Shown: piece after piece, positions 29,001 to 36,405 of the stretch
Layout: every line of letters begins with the position of its first letter
How positions within the stretch are numbered: position 1 is the first letter of the stretch
Origin: a virus
Direction: 5' to 3' (one strand)
IMG/VR virus record: IMGVR_UViG_3300009506_000018
Location: 3,251-67,250 of that record
Length of the DNA: 64,000 bases
Translations under genes and position numbers: made by a program
Notes under the pieces: model-generated
What the model was told of the DNA's origin: nothing
The model's input: only the letters and a program-made list of their open reading frames with translations
Database searches by the model: none

Positions 29001-32000
29001 ATGAGTTCAGGCTCAGCTCGCTGGTCACCGACTTGAAGAGCTGGCGCAGCAACTTCATTGACGGGATCCAGCTGGAACTGCAGGAGCGCGAGGATAAGAT
29101 CCAGCGTGCAGAGAGCGGCATGGATCCAGCTCCGTTCGAAAAGTCATACCACTTGCTGGCATTGAAGTGGGCCATGGCGGAGGCGACCCGCCGTGGCATC
29201 AAGAAGGTCGCTATCGCCAACGGCGAAGTGCATGGGTTCCGCTGGTCCAGCGGCAAGCTGTACGACTACGTCGAGGTGATGGCGTCTTCGACAGTCGAGG
29301 GTTTGCAGCTGTCCAACAACCGGCAGGGCTTCAGCAACCTGCCAGCAGAACCAATGCCGCAGAACACCGACTTCAGGGATACCAGCATCGCGAGGAAGTA
29401 CCAGAAGGCACAGCAGGAAGGATACGAAGGGGGCCTGTTCGAGTGGGTCAACGAGAACGTGGACAGAATCTACTGGATCACCACGTATGAAAATGGCGAG
29501 GCTATTACGAGGTTCGCCGCATCCCGTGAAGAACTGCCCCAGTGGCTCGGGCCGATGGTGGCCCAGAAGGTGATCGAGGACGAAGAGCTGGAGCGGTCGC
29601 GTACCGGCAATGATTCGACCTTCGTCGCCGTCGATGCGATCGAGGTGGCCGGGTACCGTCAGGCGACGGCGGGCGGCTACTCGTCGAAGCAGATGACTGG
29701 CAGCCGGGCGATATACAACACCATCCAGCCCAACGTGTTCACCAACAAGCTGTTGAAGAAGTACGGCGCGAAGGTGGTGTGGGGCCCGATCAAGGGCAAG
29801 CCTGATCTTTCTGAGGGAACGATTCCGTATTTCGACAGGCCGGTGAAAGATGTCGAGAAGGATATCCGCAAGAACTACCGCGTTGTCGAAGATCGCCTGA
29901 CCGAGGAAGAGCTTAACGACTACATGACCAACCTGTACGGGAAGAAGGTCATGGCCCCGGAGGACGTGGATTACGGCAAGTACCGCATTCCGCTGCACGC
30001 CGTTGGTCCGGCACATCAGGATGACGCCGTTCACCGCTCGGTGATCTGGAGAGAAATCACCGAGAAGGACGAGAATGGCGAGCTTGTCGGCAGCGGCAGG
30101 TTCAAGGAGCAGGAAGTAAACGATTACTACCTGATCTCCACCGAGCAGGAATACAACGACGAACTGGAGAAGATCAGAAAGACCCCGGTCTATGCCCTGC
30201 AAAAGCACAAGATCTTCGCCACACACGAAGGCGATAAGGCCATGTGGGCGTGGGAGCTTGACCCGGCCAACGGTTACGGTGCCAGACGCTGGCTGATGGA
30301 CAAGCGGGGCAGGACTTACAACTTCGAGCGCAGGGATATCGAGCGCCAGCTGGAGCGCATGGTCAGGACCGAGGTCGAGGAGTCCGCAAGGGCATTCGGC
30401 GCATGGACCATAGAGATCACCCCGAAGCTGAGCGAGCAGCTGCGCACGAAGGGCATGCCGCTGTTCTCCCGCGCCCCTCCCGCCGAGCAGGCCGAGGGCA
30501 TGAAGGAGCTGGACAGCAAGGTCGCCGGGGAAGGGCTTACCAGCCTGCAGAGATTCCAGAATTTCATATTCAAAGTGCTGGGGGTCGAGAACAAGAAGGC
30601 TCACATCGAGCAGGCGTTCATCGACCAGTTCGCCGGAATCCGCCATGCCATCCGCGCTTACTATGGAGACGTGGGGCTGCCGCCCGAACTGGATCCCTAC
30701 AAGCACGCGCACCTGACGACATCAACGGATTCGCAGATCTACATCGCCCTCATGGAAGGGACGCTGGAGTGGCGTGACGGTGCCACCCAGATCAAGGAAG
30801 GCAGTAGCGGCCTGCTGAAGATTCTCGAACCAGTCGGCAAGCACATCGACGAGTGGGGCAAGTTCATGGTGGCCCGCCGGGCGAAGCGCCTGTACCTCGA
30901 AGGCATCAAGGAAGGCTCCCCGGTATTCTTCAACCTGCGCCAGCACTTCGAGCGGACCCGGGCCGAGAACAGGCGTCCGCGCACGATCGAGGCCATGCGC
31001 GAGGCGGCGTGGCAGGACATCCTTTCCGGCGAGCTGGGCACTGAGATCCACGACCAGATCAAGAAGTCAGGCCGGGAACAGCTGCTGAGCCCAAAGGCGA
31101 TCGAGGCTGGCATGTGGCTGGGCGAACAGAATCCGATGTTCGAGACGGTGGCGGATCGATACGCCCAGTTCATGAGCGAGATGCTGGACTGGGCGCAGAC
31201 GGCTGGTGTCATCAATCCCGAGACTCGGCCCCTGTGGGAGAACGCGGACTACATCCCGTTCTATCGCCTCAGGGACAACCAGCTGGGGGCTGGTTTCAGC
31301 GAGCAGTCCGGCACGGTGCCGCCCACCCTGACAGGTACCTCCGCCATGGCCCGGCAGTTCCTTACCCGGGGGCTGGCGAATCAGCGATCGCCGATCCGTA
31401 AGCTGCGCGGCGGCACGAGCATGCTCGGCAATCCGCTGGAAAATATCCTGATCAACCTGAACATGCTGATGCAGACCACCATGCGTAACAACGCGGCGGT
31501 GCTCACCATCGATTCACTCAATGGTTCCGGCATGGTCACGAAGGCGCAGGGCTACGAGTTCCTCGAAGAGAAGACGATCGCCGAGGGCGACCTGAAGCGC
31601 AGGCTGCGGGCGGTCGGCATTGATACCGAAGACATGGATCAGGCTGCTCTCGCGGCACTGAAGAAGATGTGGGTGGTGGATACGCCGAAGGATCCGAACA
31701 TCATCACCATCCTGAGGAACGGCAAGAAAGAATACTGGCACGTCCATGACGAGCTGCTGTTCCGTTCGCTGACGGCAATCAACCAGCGCCACTTCCAGAG
31801 TTTCTTCGGGTCCATGGCGATGGCCCCGTTCCGATGGACGAAGCGCCTGCTGACCACGATGATCACGCTGGACCCTGCATTCATGGGTGCCAACTGGATG
31901 CGAGACGGGCCGATGGCGTTCGTCAACAGCCGGTACGCTAAGATGCTGCGACCCGATCGCTCACTGCAGGGCATCGGCGAGGCGCTGTTCCTGTCGAAAG

Positions 32001-33664
32001 AAATGAAATCGATGATGGCTGCGGGCGGCGCTTTCTACTCCGGCTACATCAATTCCGGCGATCCGGCAGCCATCAGCAAGGCGATGAAACGCGCCATCAG
32101 GCGCAGCGGCGTTCGCGGCAAGATCCTGAACACACCGTTCCGGCTGGCGCATGCCTACAACGACGTCGCTGCCGCCATGGAGAATTCGAACCGCATCGCC
32201 TATGGCTACAAGCCAGCTCTCGATACCACTGGCTCGGTCATCGAGGCGGTGTTCGAATCGAAAGACCTGATGAACTTCGCGAAGCACGGCGACCTGCCGA
32301 TCGTTTCGTTCTTCATCCAGACCGTGCCGTTCCTCAATGCTCGCCTGCAGGGCCTGTATCGCTACGGCCAGCGGCAGATGGGCGAGGGTGTGAAGGCTGC
32401 CGGGGTGACCCTGTTGAAGGCCATGATCATTACCATGGCGACGCTCGCGCTCTACTGGTACAACCGTGACGACGAGCGATACAAGCGGCTGACTCAGGAG
32501 GACAAGGATCTCTACTGGCACTTCTGGATCAACGATATGCACTATCGTCAGCCGAAGCCGTTCGAGGTCGGAGCCCTGTACGGAACCATTCCAGAGCGCA
32601 TGTGGGAATGGATCGAGTCCGATGCTGACGATGCCACGAAGGTCGCCATGGACAGGCTGGGCTGGATCATCGGGGAGATGTTCAACTTCGACCTCAGGCA
32701 GATCCAGCTGGTGAATCCTCTGGTGGAGGCGGCACGTAACTACGACAGCTTCTTCAAGGGCCCGATCGTGCCCTATTACCTTGAGAAAGTGGATCCGCGC
32801 TATCAGTACACGGAGACGACCAGCCCGACTGCCCGGGAGATCTCTGAGATCATGCCGTACGACTGGCCGATGCTGCCGGACTTCATCGAATCTCCGATCA
32901 TGATCGACCACATCCTGCGCGGGTATTTCGGCACACTGGGCAGCTATACCCTGCTGACCATAGACACCATGCTGCGATCCTCGGGCAAGTACCCGTCAGC
33001 GCCGAAGATGAGGGCGGACCAGCTGCCCGTCATGAAGCGATTCTGGCGCGGCTACGAGCCGCCAGTACGGTATGAGAAGGACAGCACCGGGCGCACCGTG
33101 ATCGTTCTTCCTGAGGCCACCGAGGGCGCGACGTTCCCGCGCAGGACCGCATGGGAGTCGATGCTGTATGACTTCCGACGGGCGGCAGTGCAGGTCGAGG
33201 AGACGATGCGTGACATCGAAGAGGGCGAGCGCGTGCCGGATACTCAGGAGGAAGGCTATCTGGCCCGGCGTGCCCGCTACTTCAAGGGGCTGACCAACGA
33301 GCAGGTACTCGACGCGGTCGAGGACGTGAAGGAAGCCTCGGCTGAAATCAGGGAGATCCGTAAAGAGATCGACGAGATCATGCGGGCCCCGTTGCGGCCA
33401 GAAGAAAAGCTCCGCCAGATGGAGCAGAAGTATCGCGAGATCGAGCAGGCGGCGCTGGACTGGTATGTCAACCGCCCGGGATCCGGGTTCAAGCAGCAAG
33501 ACAAGGGCGTGAAGCCGGAGGAGCTGCCGCCGCTGATCATGATGGAAGAAGACTGGAAGCGCCGCAAAAGCATGACCAGTACCGAAGTCATCAGCTGGTT
33601 GCAGAAAGATTACCCGGTCACCGCCGAGCTGGTGGCTGACATGCGGGCAGGAGGGATGAAGTGA
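20030..33664 (+). CDS. Giant polyvalent ejected protein (SLT transglycosylase, ART-like, two zincin motifs, GNAT-like, LPD38-like C-terminus)
   Basis: 4544 aa; AVRHAESG..AIGTMQTMP..AYNAGPG (SLT); HEIAH at 24968; HEIVGH at 26258; LVDWYKRNGF (GNAT); EIQSDWHQ at 28046. Confidence 0.8.
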   Translation: MATPAGPWTKYQRPQNPDPRLFEAVRHAESGADPNAVSPAGAIGTMQTMPETLRDPGYGVEPLPEHQWDDSTALQKKGEEYLSAMYRKYGGDIEAALIAYNAGPGNADKWLKSNRDYSVLPKRQETEPYVQKVMARYEAPQEAGPWSQHQPEGPWSKYQQQPPPQESQFNPEGAINPETGRPWTQEEVDATALDQKDFLAKYPGSRVQQEMDQRFAASQQGLTQSGEAAGPWAKYQPSGEAQPEDESWLGQFTKTLGARIFSGTLGVSSMAWDTPEAAHRYLRGAYSKLKDSGVPDWLNPFGAPTLIADKIANGHDFGKFHAAGASDMADRIDQSVKFLDETLPAFKDAVAGTEEAQRAWDRFLESDGDFEILWNAAKDPEVLGAAIGQGLPTLLAAYLANRTGHGLPFMGWMEAMDSAQNAQQFEEMTGEQISDGEFAAATASAGAINAVLEKTGLDAILGKLPGGKSLVGRFLLALGTEGGTEFIQEVVQNLSALIYDEEERDQLNEAIDSGDWEAAAKIVTRGGFPAFLGGAGLGAAGGGLGYWADRIRAAETGSEPPPRDDIIERADEVSVSEAEEAGIEVRDVSNDTLQRVATGDPLTDEEMFNLQRAGLARVLNAGEGRMALTPEGKRQLAGEGRSRAQALDQRIRQSRTPTLRDLTDAELRQRVRTIGDIEGLIKRAPPEMDLAKKVTGKVFYADPEATGLPRLMKNRSEGMLSVTISPQNPLQLPAEAFNMLEPEEIEFARREGYDAIISDNGEAMALDPGILRYVRGSGDDGVDKYGFTKEAKNDFEALADAQRGKPEMAMLRAARVVGGGVMQVMTEHLGDLTHRMSERTANENPDQGLEFVWPKVRRGISFLTNPYGFKREFEENLRSNFRHWQEEPRYRPRWFNKLVETTGKEPTFEEYRKLVDRALKEYADEHRQLPVYNEAQKLARDIAVALGEQRFDLVTSKLERLREMMVNDEGKPDIEKWVSYARRHPSITSPSLSRTRRRRRAPSGEWYQDRYPTLGERPVGAPPGIKDIRAVGRFVTKLRNRVRRGEGKDGGGRNLIPPDAWTWYEDAGSLIRKLVKGDMQDMEKMVRLLALMSPNTSVETNVTKWITGIYRAYKEGRLSDLTQIPGALMGNEDLISALEADELTINTRGVGPKLLNFYRNLWDATFEQDRYPDAVTIDLWIAREFGFTNPKKVIDTQYEFARKVLVDATADYNEEYGTSWKPRQFQAALWVLARGGKRGSFAELIRGSSANAAFETIPSESFNEGRVLARLTDEERVKYTEEMLDVLGTEDGRNELLDAMGLPLYVTQQMRGAYMGTTAPGALMEAPLLKAAEGYDRETADTIAMALQYIYKQDSVIWFRPVKSEAKEPPSPNEEGYDQAFAVRFDKALTSEDIGLLAAMLEQYFPGQGFTVTEPDEITLINLDGIDPKTGEAPATPRKKAANNAKWLDGIRSWLSEISTPFGIIGADTSPMTVESSGYRRTIHDWEADEKGSRLLDEIQARRPGLESRLDDWRGRAEQVTKRWVGSAKTASRPASAPVPVDRLDHGGRAQVEVYGRFGSLRKEPTTDRLKIYNLRPAIENPQGTTQKLLDDYGFEVEVFSFDPERFRLPELKKRGYEQGVVWIYDPEVKRGSFNDAEYTRAWRVSHEIAHAITEQLMEERYGPSFRYGRLGRIALLPRGKPPRQTLVEQRPLTLKEAQRAVEWEDLAFRVQRMLLEQVGISINEEQFTQEYNTNLSDAMYRSLTGEFGDPGEYGFMPNAARRVPVRDVLRALEKTEEQLAKVAGRKPTEGIDLDSWERIPESELRRVMDQRRADNQSPTTGESLDDMRISVNEDGTLRLKQPRRMSRKIKVSTPEYGKNVEAMVKEWMEGTEANPFGAPERIIEWKAAAQIRPADKDTVSIESIRAFEMHKGDGGMALRRIVELADKHGVTLQLSPVPFGEGGLTRKQLVDWYKRNGFRLRPEAPFVYERKPRKATRFSKKRTNEGKGLGKAGVQNAVRQVYRRMNSAPRVVVVDTVEDLPHEVYLKLLEEHQRDPKKNALGRTQGLYDIHGAFDTVYLIGANINTNEEAIDVLLHEIVGHYGTQGVLSVQQWERVMDRIYNTFPDLVKDAAERNDLNMADLAERRIASEEVIAYYTGQALHRKSIPQKMKMIIEDLVEMFRVWLNRALGKGHGITKRQIRGIIAEGWNFVHRPGGYKHQAVRLHKNHRYSMYSPYLYSALHDWLGSVPEIKSGGRTKAQWEQEIAAAVKKGLIKQEELDWSELEILLENPTINDIYRHWSGQRDDKIDEVFHLYPDKDVEAAYRRKDEIDIERREILDEKLPHTIWPGRTDMYHRKSIIKAMVDGTVEISRAGIETYDQKYSWQDYTQGLNDTDAAYNSAKRLVKRLREMEEEYEDVRDMIQRYGARPANKIPVAVVQNWVAENGVKIDVTGPTSNVDWDDAATFDANYPDNEDHPEYSDLDEFIEEKASEELDELFSGDLLAKMEDSSWRGIAEAMFDNEMELEEGEDYEEALLEYASHNEHLIDEDYTENEIKSQMRVDEWETEYKEGLIAEYNWDFENVEFRVQGNRHNDEFDLYIDGSEYASSIAGDDIDYYIREWGQEQANQPGTRWSQYTLPGGTDYEETLLRWDRKENLFTASAHWDDISNIIVHLRHDIRETPDGERVFFIDEIQSDWHQELRDMGRRDPKLAQRLKEEIVEVHQAYNKNIRPQGEKAILDALQTMSVKDILDFIIYGETHEQWDNNPIDEFVVSKPSAFNYRKQWLEQAVGKNPRNQFKELSGLDSKHSGMLGVVSDKMLDMLGTFANADLLARLTDTQLAPAVGKFDAATGAIIANALMGKFPYIKEGSNGRKMIAYPKVNIDESGPDHSYVWHNNDPAPDWRKGEFKDAVITPQDLQQIFEPGRAQAIKDALIKTMLRELKIADETYDPSHPEFDQQNRLATGAMAEALYRYLDKVSSTGQGPLFDMAYGADKLPASKLAEEFTERGHEFRLSSLVTDLKSWRSNFIDGIQLELQEREDKIQRAESGMDPAPFEKSYHLLALKWAMAEATRRGIKKVAIANGEVHGFRWSSGKLYDYVEVMASSTVEGLQLSNNRQGFSNLPAEPMPQNTDFRDTSIARKYQKAQQEGYEGGLFEWVNENVDRIYWITTYENGEAITRFAASREELPQWLGPMVAQKVIEDEELERSRTGNDSTFVAVDAIEVAGYRQATAGGYSSKQMTGSRAIYNTIQPNVFTNKLLKKYGAKVVWGPIKGKPDLSEGTIPYFDRPVKDVEKDIRKNYRVVEDRLTEEELNDYMTNLYGKKVMAPEDVDYGKYRIPLHAVGPAHQDDAVHRSVIWREITEKDENGELVGSGRFKEQEVNDYYLISTEQEYNDELEKIRKTPVYALQKHKIFATHEGDKAMWAWELDPANGYGARRWLMDKRGRTYNFERRDIERQLERMVRTEVEESARAFGAWTIEITPKLSEQLRTKGMPLFSRAPPAEQAEGMKELDSKVAGEGLTSLQRFQNFIFKVLGVENKKAHIEQAFIDQFAGIRHAIRAYYGDVGLPPELDPYKHAHLTTSTDSQIYIALMEGTLEWRDGATQIKEGSSGLLKILEPVGKHIDEWGKFMVARRAKRLYLEGIKEGSPVFFNLRQHFERTRAENRRPRTIEAMREAAWQDILSGELGTEIHDQIKKSGREQLLSPKAIEAGMWLGEQNPMFETVADRYAQFMSEMLDWAQTAGVINPETRPLWENADYIPFYRLRDNQLGAGFSEQSGTVPPTLTGTSAMARQFLTRGLANQRSPIRKLRGGTSMLGNPLENILINLNMLMQTTMRNNAAVLTIDSLNGSGMVTKAQGYEFLEEKTIAEGDLKRRLRAVGIDTEDMDQAALAALKKMWVVDTPKDPNIITILRNGKKEYWHVHDELLFRSLTAINQRHFQSFFGSMAMAPFRWTKRLLTTMITLDPAFMGANWMRDGPMAFVNSRYAKMLRPDRSLQGIGEALFLSKEMKSMMAAGGAFYSGYINSGDPAAISKAMKRAIRRSGVRGKILNTPFRLAHAYNDVAAAMENSNRIAYGYKPALDTTGSVIEAVFESKDLMNFAKHGDLPIVSFFIQTVPFLNARLQGLYRYGQRQMGEGVKAAGVTLLKAMIITMATLALYWYNRDDERYKRLTQEDKDLYWHFWINDMHYRQPKPFEVGALYGTIPERMWEWIESDADDATKVAMDRLGWIIGEMFNFDLRQIQLVNPLVEAARNYDSFFKGPIVPYYLEKVDPRYQYTETTSPTAREISEIMPYDWPMLPDFIESPIMIDHILRGYFGTLGSYTLLTIDTMLRSSGKYPSAPKMRADQLPVMKRFWRGYEPPVRYEKDSTGRTVIVLPEATEGATFPRRTAWESMLYDFRRAAVQVEETMRDIEEGERVPDTQEEGYLARRARYFKGLTNEQVLDAVEDVKEASAEIREIRKEIDEIMRAPLRPEEKLRQMEQKYREIEQAALDWYVNRPGSGFKQQDKGVKPEELPPLIMMEEDWKRRKSMTSTEVISWLQKDYPVTAELVADMRAGGMK
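24480..24686 (+). CDS. Overprinted 68-aa basic protein nested in the giant gene (alternative frame)
   Basis: CAGGAGAACC RBS 4 nt before ATG; TATAAT at 24418-24423; G/C-ending codons in nested frame while host frame turns A/T-ending; hairpin after stop. Confidence 0.65.
   Translation: MTGKLTKKDLDYLMKYKPDARALNRGLTIGVGGPNKSRSGGSVAQRRHQGQLPHQYPWIDSTTEDERK
24702..24725 (+). other. 10-bp hairpin with GCGA tetraloop after nested ORF
   Basis: TCGGTTCCTT-GCGA-AAGGAACCGA; no U tract. Confidence 0.6.
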
Positions 33665-34167
33665 CCAAATCTGAATACGCCATCGAGAAGACGCTGGAGC
33701 ATGAAGGCGGGTATGTCGATCACCCGGCGGACCCGGGCGGTGCGACCCAGTTCGGCATCAGCCTGCGCTGGTACCGGGAGCACGTGGATCCAGACGCGGA
33801 TGTTGGCGCGATCATGCGCCTGACAAAGTCAGATGCGATTGACCTGTACGAAAAATACTTCTGGGACGAGAAGTACGATCTCATCCATGATCGCGACGTG
33901 GCGGCAAAGGTGTTCGACATGGCTGTCAACATGGGGTCGAAGCAGGCACACAAGTTATTCCAGCGGGCGCTGCTCGCCTGTGGCAAGGATGTAGATGACG
34001 ATGGCATCGTTGGCCCGGCCACGCTCAAGGCAGCCAACGGTGTCGAGGCCGGTGTGCTGATGGCGGCGCTGCGGGCAACGCAGGCCGGTTTCTATCGGGG
34101 GTTGGTGATGAAGAAGGCCAGCAACGAGGCGTTTATCAAGGGCTGGCTGCGGAGGGCATACGCATGA
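33661..34167 (+). CDS. Endolysin, glycoside hydrolase family 108 with PG-binding domain
   Basis: HEGGYVDHPADPGGATQFGI catalytic motif; DDGIVGPATL; FIKGWLRR. Confidence 0.92.
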   Translation: MTKSEYAIEKTLEHEGGYVDHPADPGGATQFGISLRWYREHVDPDADVGAIMRLTKSDAIDLYEKYFWDEKYDLIHDRDVAAKVFDMAVNMGSKQAHKLFQRALLACGKDVDDDGIVGPATLKAANGVEAGVLMAALRATQAGFYRGLVMKKASNEAFIKGWLRRAYA

Positions 34168-34682
34168 GCTTCGGAAAGAAGGCACTGTCGGTACTGAAGA
34201 AGCTGGCTCCGACAGTCGCCACTGCGGTGGGCGGTCCGTTCGGTGGCATGGCGGCTGCAGTGCTGGGCGAAGTACTGGGCGTGGACGGGGACTCTGTCGA
34301 AGAGGCAATCCTGTCCGGTAACCCGGAGGTACTGATGAAGGTGAAGGAAGCCGACCAGACCTTCAAGGTGAAGATGCGCGAGCTGGGGATCCGCGAGGAA
34401 GAGCTGCACCAGAGGGACCGGGCCAGCGCCCGGGAGATGGCGGCGAAGCTGGGCATGTGGCCGCAAGTGGTGCTGTCCATCATCTACACGATGGGCTACT
34501 TCGTGATGCTCTACCTGCTGGTGTCTGGCGAGTGGCATCCGCCGCCGGATTCGCAAGAGCTGGTCGCTGGCCTCATCGGCGTCCTGACTGCTGGCGTCGT
34601 CAAGGTCATGGACTTCTGGTTCGGCTCCAGCATCGGCAGCAAGCAGAAGACGCAGGTCATGGCTGCGCAGGAGGTACCGTAA
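34164..34682 (+). CDS. Holin (3TM/GTA-holin-like)
   Basis: 172 aa; APTVATAVGGPFGG, DRASARE, two C-terminal TM helices, DFWFGSSIGSK; follows endolysin. Confidence 0.75.
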   Translation: MSFGKKALSVLKKLAPTVATAVGGPFGGMAAAVLGEVLGVDGDSVEEAILSGNPEVLMKVKEADQTFKVKMRELGIREEELHQRDRASAREMAAKLGMWPQVVLSIIYTMGYFVMLYLLVSGEWHPPPDSQELVAGLIGVLTAGVVKVMDFWFGSSIGSKQKTQVMAAQEVP

Positions 34683-34981
34683 TGGCAGAGGTCAGCAAGA
34701 GCCTGCACATCGGCTCGGTCGTCATGAACATCGCCCTGCTGGCCGGGTTCGTCTCGACCGTCTTCGCCGTCGATACCCGCTACGTCAAGGTCGCTGAATT
34801 CCAGCACTTCCATCAGGACTACATGGAGTCCGATGTCCGCGACCTGCGAGCCGAGCTGCGGGAGGCTGAGCGTGCCGGGGACGCCGACTGGTACGAGGAC
34901 GTACTGGGGGAGCTGGAGGAACTACTCGACGAGCTGTGCCTCCAGTACCCCAATAGCCGGTACTGCAAGGACGGGGATTAG
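34682..34981 (+). CDS. Membrane-anchored protein, possibly lysis accessory
   Basis: 99 aa from TAATG overlap; N-terminal TM then acidic coiled coil. Confidence 0.55.
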   Translation: MAEVSKSLHIGSVVMNIALLAGFVSTVFAVDTRYVKVAEFQHFHQDYMESDVRDLRAELREAERAGDADWYEDVLGELEELLDELCLQYPNSRYCKDGD

Positions 34982-35163
34982 TAGCGGTAGACTTCCTGCC
35001 GCACGTTTGCGGCGGGCGCACCATGCTTTTCACAGACGGCAGGCGTGTCCTGCTTCGTCCATGGACCAATGGTCTTCGTACAGCCGCACCGATAGGCGAT
35101 GCGCGTGACTCGTACTTCGGTTGGCGGCTGTTCGACCCACTTCTGGGCGGTCGCAGTCGTCAT
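34978..35163 (-). CDS. Small Cys-containing hypothetical protein
   Basis: 61 aa, CGC...CEKH; converges on lysis genes. Confidence 0.5.
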   Translation of the reverse strand: MTTATAQKWVEQPPTEVRVTRIAYRCGCTKTIGPWTKQDTPAVCEKHGAPAANVRQEVYRY

Positions 35164-35215
35164 CTCGTGTTACCCGTGTTGACATGGCATCACCAGTATC
35201 GGGTAAGTCAGCGCG

Positions 35216-35249
35216 AAAAAAAAGAGGGCCCCTATCACAAGGGGCCCTC
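35216..35249 (-). terminator. Rho-independent terminator
   Basis: GAGGGCCCCT/AGGGGCCCTC 10-bp stem, 8 T on minus strand. Confidence 0.85.
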
Positions 35250-35280
35250 GAAGTCTCGTGGACAACCGGATGAAAGTGGG

Positions 35281-35547
35281 TCAGTTGTCCACGGACAGGA
35301 AGCGCCGGGCAGCCTTCGTCATGCCATGGGCCTTGCCGTACCGCTTGAAGATCCGCTTCGCCCGGGCCAGCGGATAGGGCTTGTCGCGGTAGGTAGCCGG
35401 GGCCATGAAGCGGCGCTCGTTTTTCGGGACTGGCCGGGGGTGCAGCTTGCCATCCATAGTCAGGACGTGGAGCTTCGTCCGCTTCTCCTCGACCAGCACC
35501 GCCTTCGTGCCGATCTGCTGCGGGGCCTTGTAGAGCAGGACTTCCAT
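35281..35547 (-). CDS. Basic hypothetical protein
   Basis: 88 aa MEVLLYKAPQ..., K/R-rich. Confidence 0.6.
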   Translation of the reverse strand: MEVLLYKAPQQIGTKAVLVEEKRTKLHVLTMDGKLHPRPVPKNERRFMAPATYRDKPYPLARAKRIFKRYGKAHGMTKAARRFLSVDN

Positions 35548-35548
35548 G

Positions 35549-35788
35549 TCACCACCCCCTGAGCTGGCGGAGCCGGGCACGGGCCGCGCTGATGGCGGCG
35601 ATCCGGTGAGAGTAGGTGCCGACCGGGTCAGGATCGTCGCTGCGCCTGCCTTCCCGGGAGTCGGCCTCGACGAAGAAGATCGGGAAGCTGGGGACGATGC
35701 GGTCGATGTAGCCAACGGTCCACACCCAGCGCCCGGCGTTCGGTCCCCGGAGGATCCGGCGGACTTCGTAGGTCAGCTTGTTTTGCAT
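35549..35788 (-). CDS. Hypothetical protein
   Basis: 79 aa MQNKLTYEV...; AGGAGAACC RBS. Confidence 0.65.
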   Translation of the reverse strand: MQNKLTYEVRRILRGPNAGRWVWTVGYIDRIVPSFPIFFVEADSREGRRSDDPDPVGTYSHRIAAISAARARLRQLRGW

Positions 35789-35821
35789 GGCGGTTCTCCT
35801 TCGCATGCGGGTTGATAATGT

Positions 35822-35932
35822 GTGGGAAAACAGTGATTTCCCACGACATCATTATAACACACAATAGATTTCGGCCTTAGATCAATGACTTACAAGGCTG
35901 CTTTCATATAGAAATCAGCCGTAAGTTATTGA
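35822..35932 (-). promoter_or_regulatory. Extended -10 promoter flanked by palindromes
   Basis: TGTTATAAT on minus (35851-35859); GTGGGAAA-N7-TTTCCCAC (35822-35844); 51-bp imperfect palindrome 35882-35932. Confidence 0.7.
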
Positions 35933-35960
35933 GCCTGCGTGACCTTGCGCGGATTTGCGC

Positions 35961-35990
35961 AAAAAAAAGCCCCCGGAATTACCGGGGGCT
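35961..35990 (-). terminator. Rho-independent terminator
   Basis: AGCCCCCGG/CCGGGGGCT stem, 8 T on minus strand. Confidence 0.85.
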
Positions 35991-36120
35991 AGTCTCACTG
36001 CCGGTCACCCGGCCCCATCAAGGCTTTGCAATCCAATCCGGGGCCGACGCCGTTTGCACCTATGGAGGGGAGAACCGGGTGCATTCCAAAAGTAGCACCT
36101 AAATGCCCCCGTACCAACCC

Positions 36121-36405
36121 TCATGTGTCGCCATAGTCACCGTGCCAGCCGGGGCGGCGGTACTTCTCCCATGGCCGACCATAGTGGTAGACCTCCGGGT
36201 TCCTTTCGCACCAGCGCGATTCTCCGGCCATCTCAGCCGCGTTCTCGCATTGGCGCGGGGTGGTGTAGTAGCACTCGTAGATGTCGCCGTCTGTCGCACA
36301 CCACGGCTCTTCGCCGACGAACAAAGTCTCTGCCCTCAGGTTAACCCACAGGGCGCAGCCCAGTCCGATCGCGACGATCGCAATCCACCATTGTCTCTGG
36401 TTCAT
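36121..36405 (-). CDS. Secreted Cys-rich protein, DUF3551-like
   Basis: 94 aa; signal/TM then WC...YEC.YTT..QC...C..NP spacing. Confidence 0.65.
   Translation of the reverse strand: MNQRQWWIAIVAIGLGCALWVNLRAETLFVGEEPWCATDGDIYECYYTTPRQCENAAEMAGESRWCERNPEVYHYGRPWEKYRRPGWHGDYGDT

Noticed and set aside
29144-30712. Long antisense ORFs (this 522-codon one, also 8961-10247, 41386-43155 and others)
   Set aside because: Expected shadow frames of GC-rich genes; no RBS or recognisable motifs
35179-35184. Perfect TTGACA as a plus-strand promoter
   Set aside because: No -10 element at 16-18 bp spacing
36022-36034. tRNA-Cys-like anticodon loop GGATTGCAAAGCC on the minus strand
   Set aside because: No T-arm (GGTTCRA), D-arm or acceptor stem; the anticodon stem is mismatched
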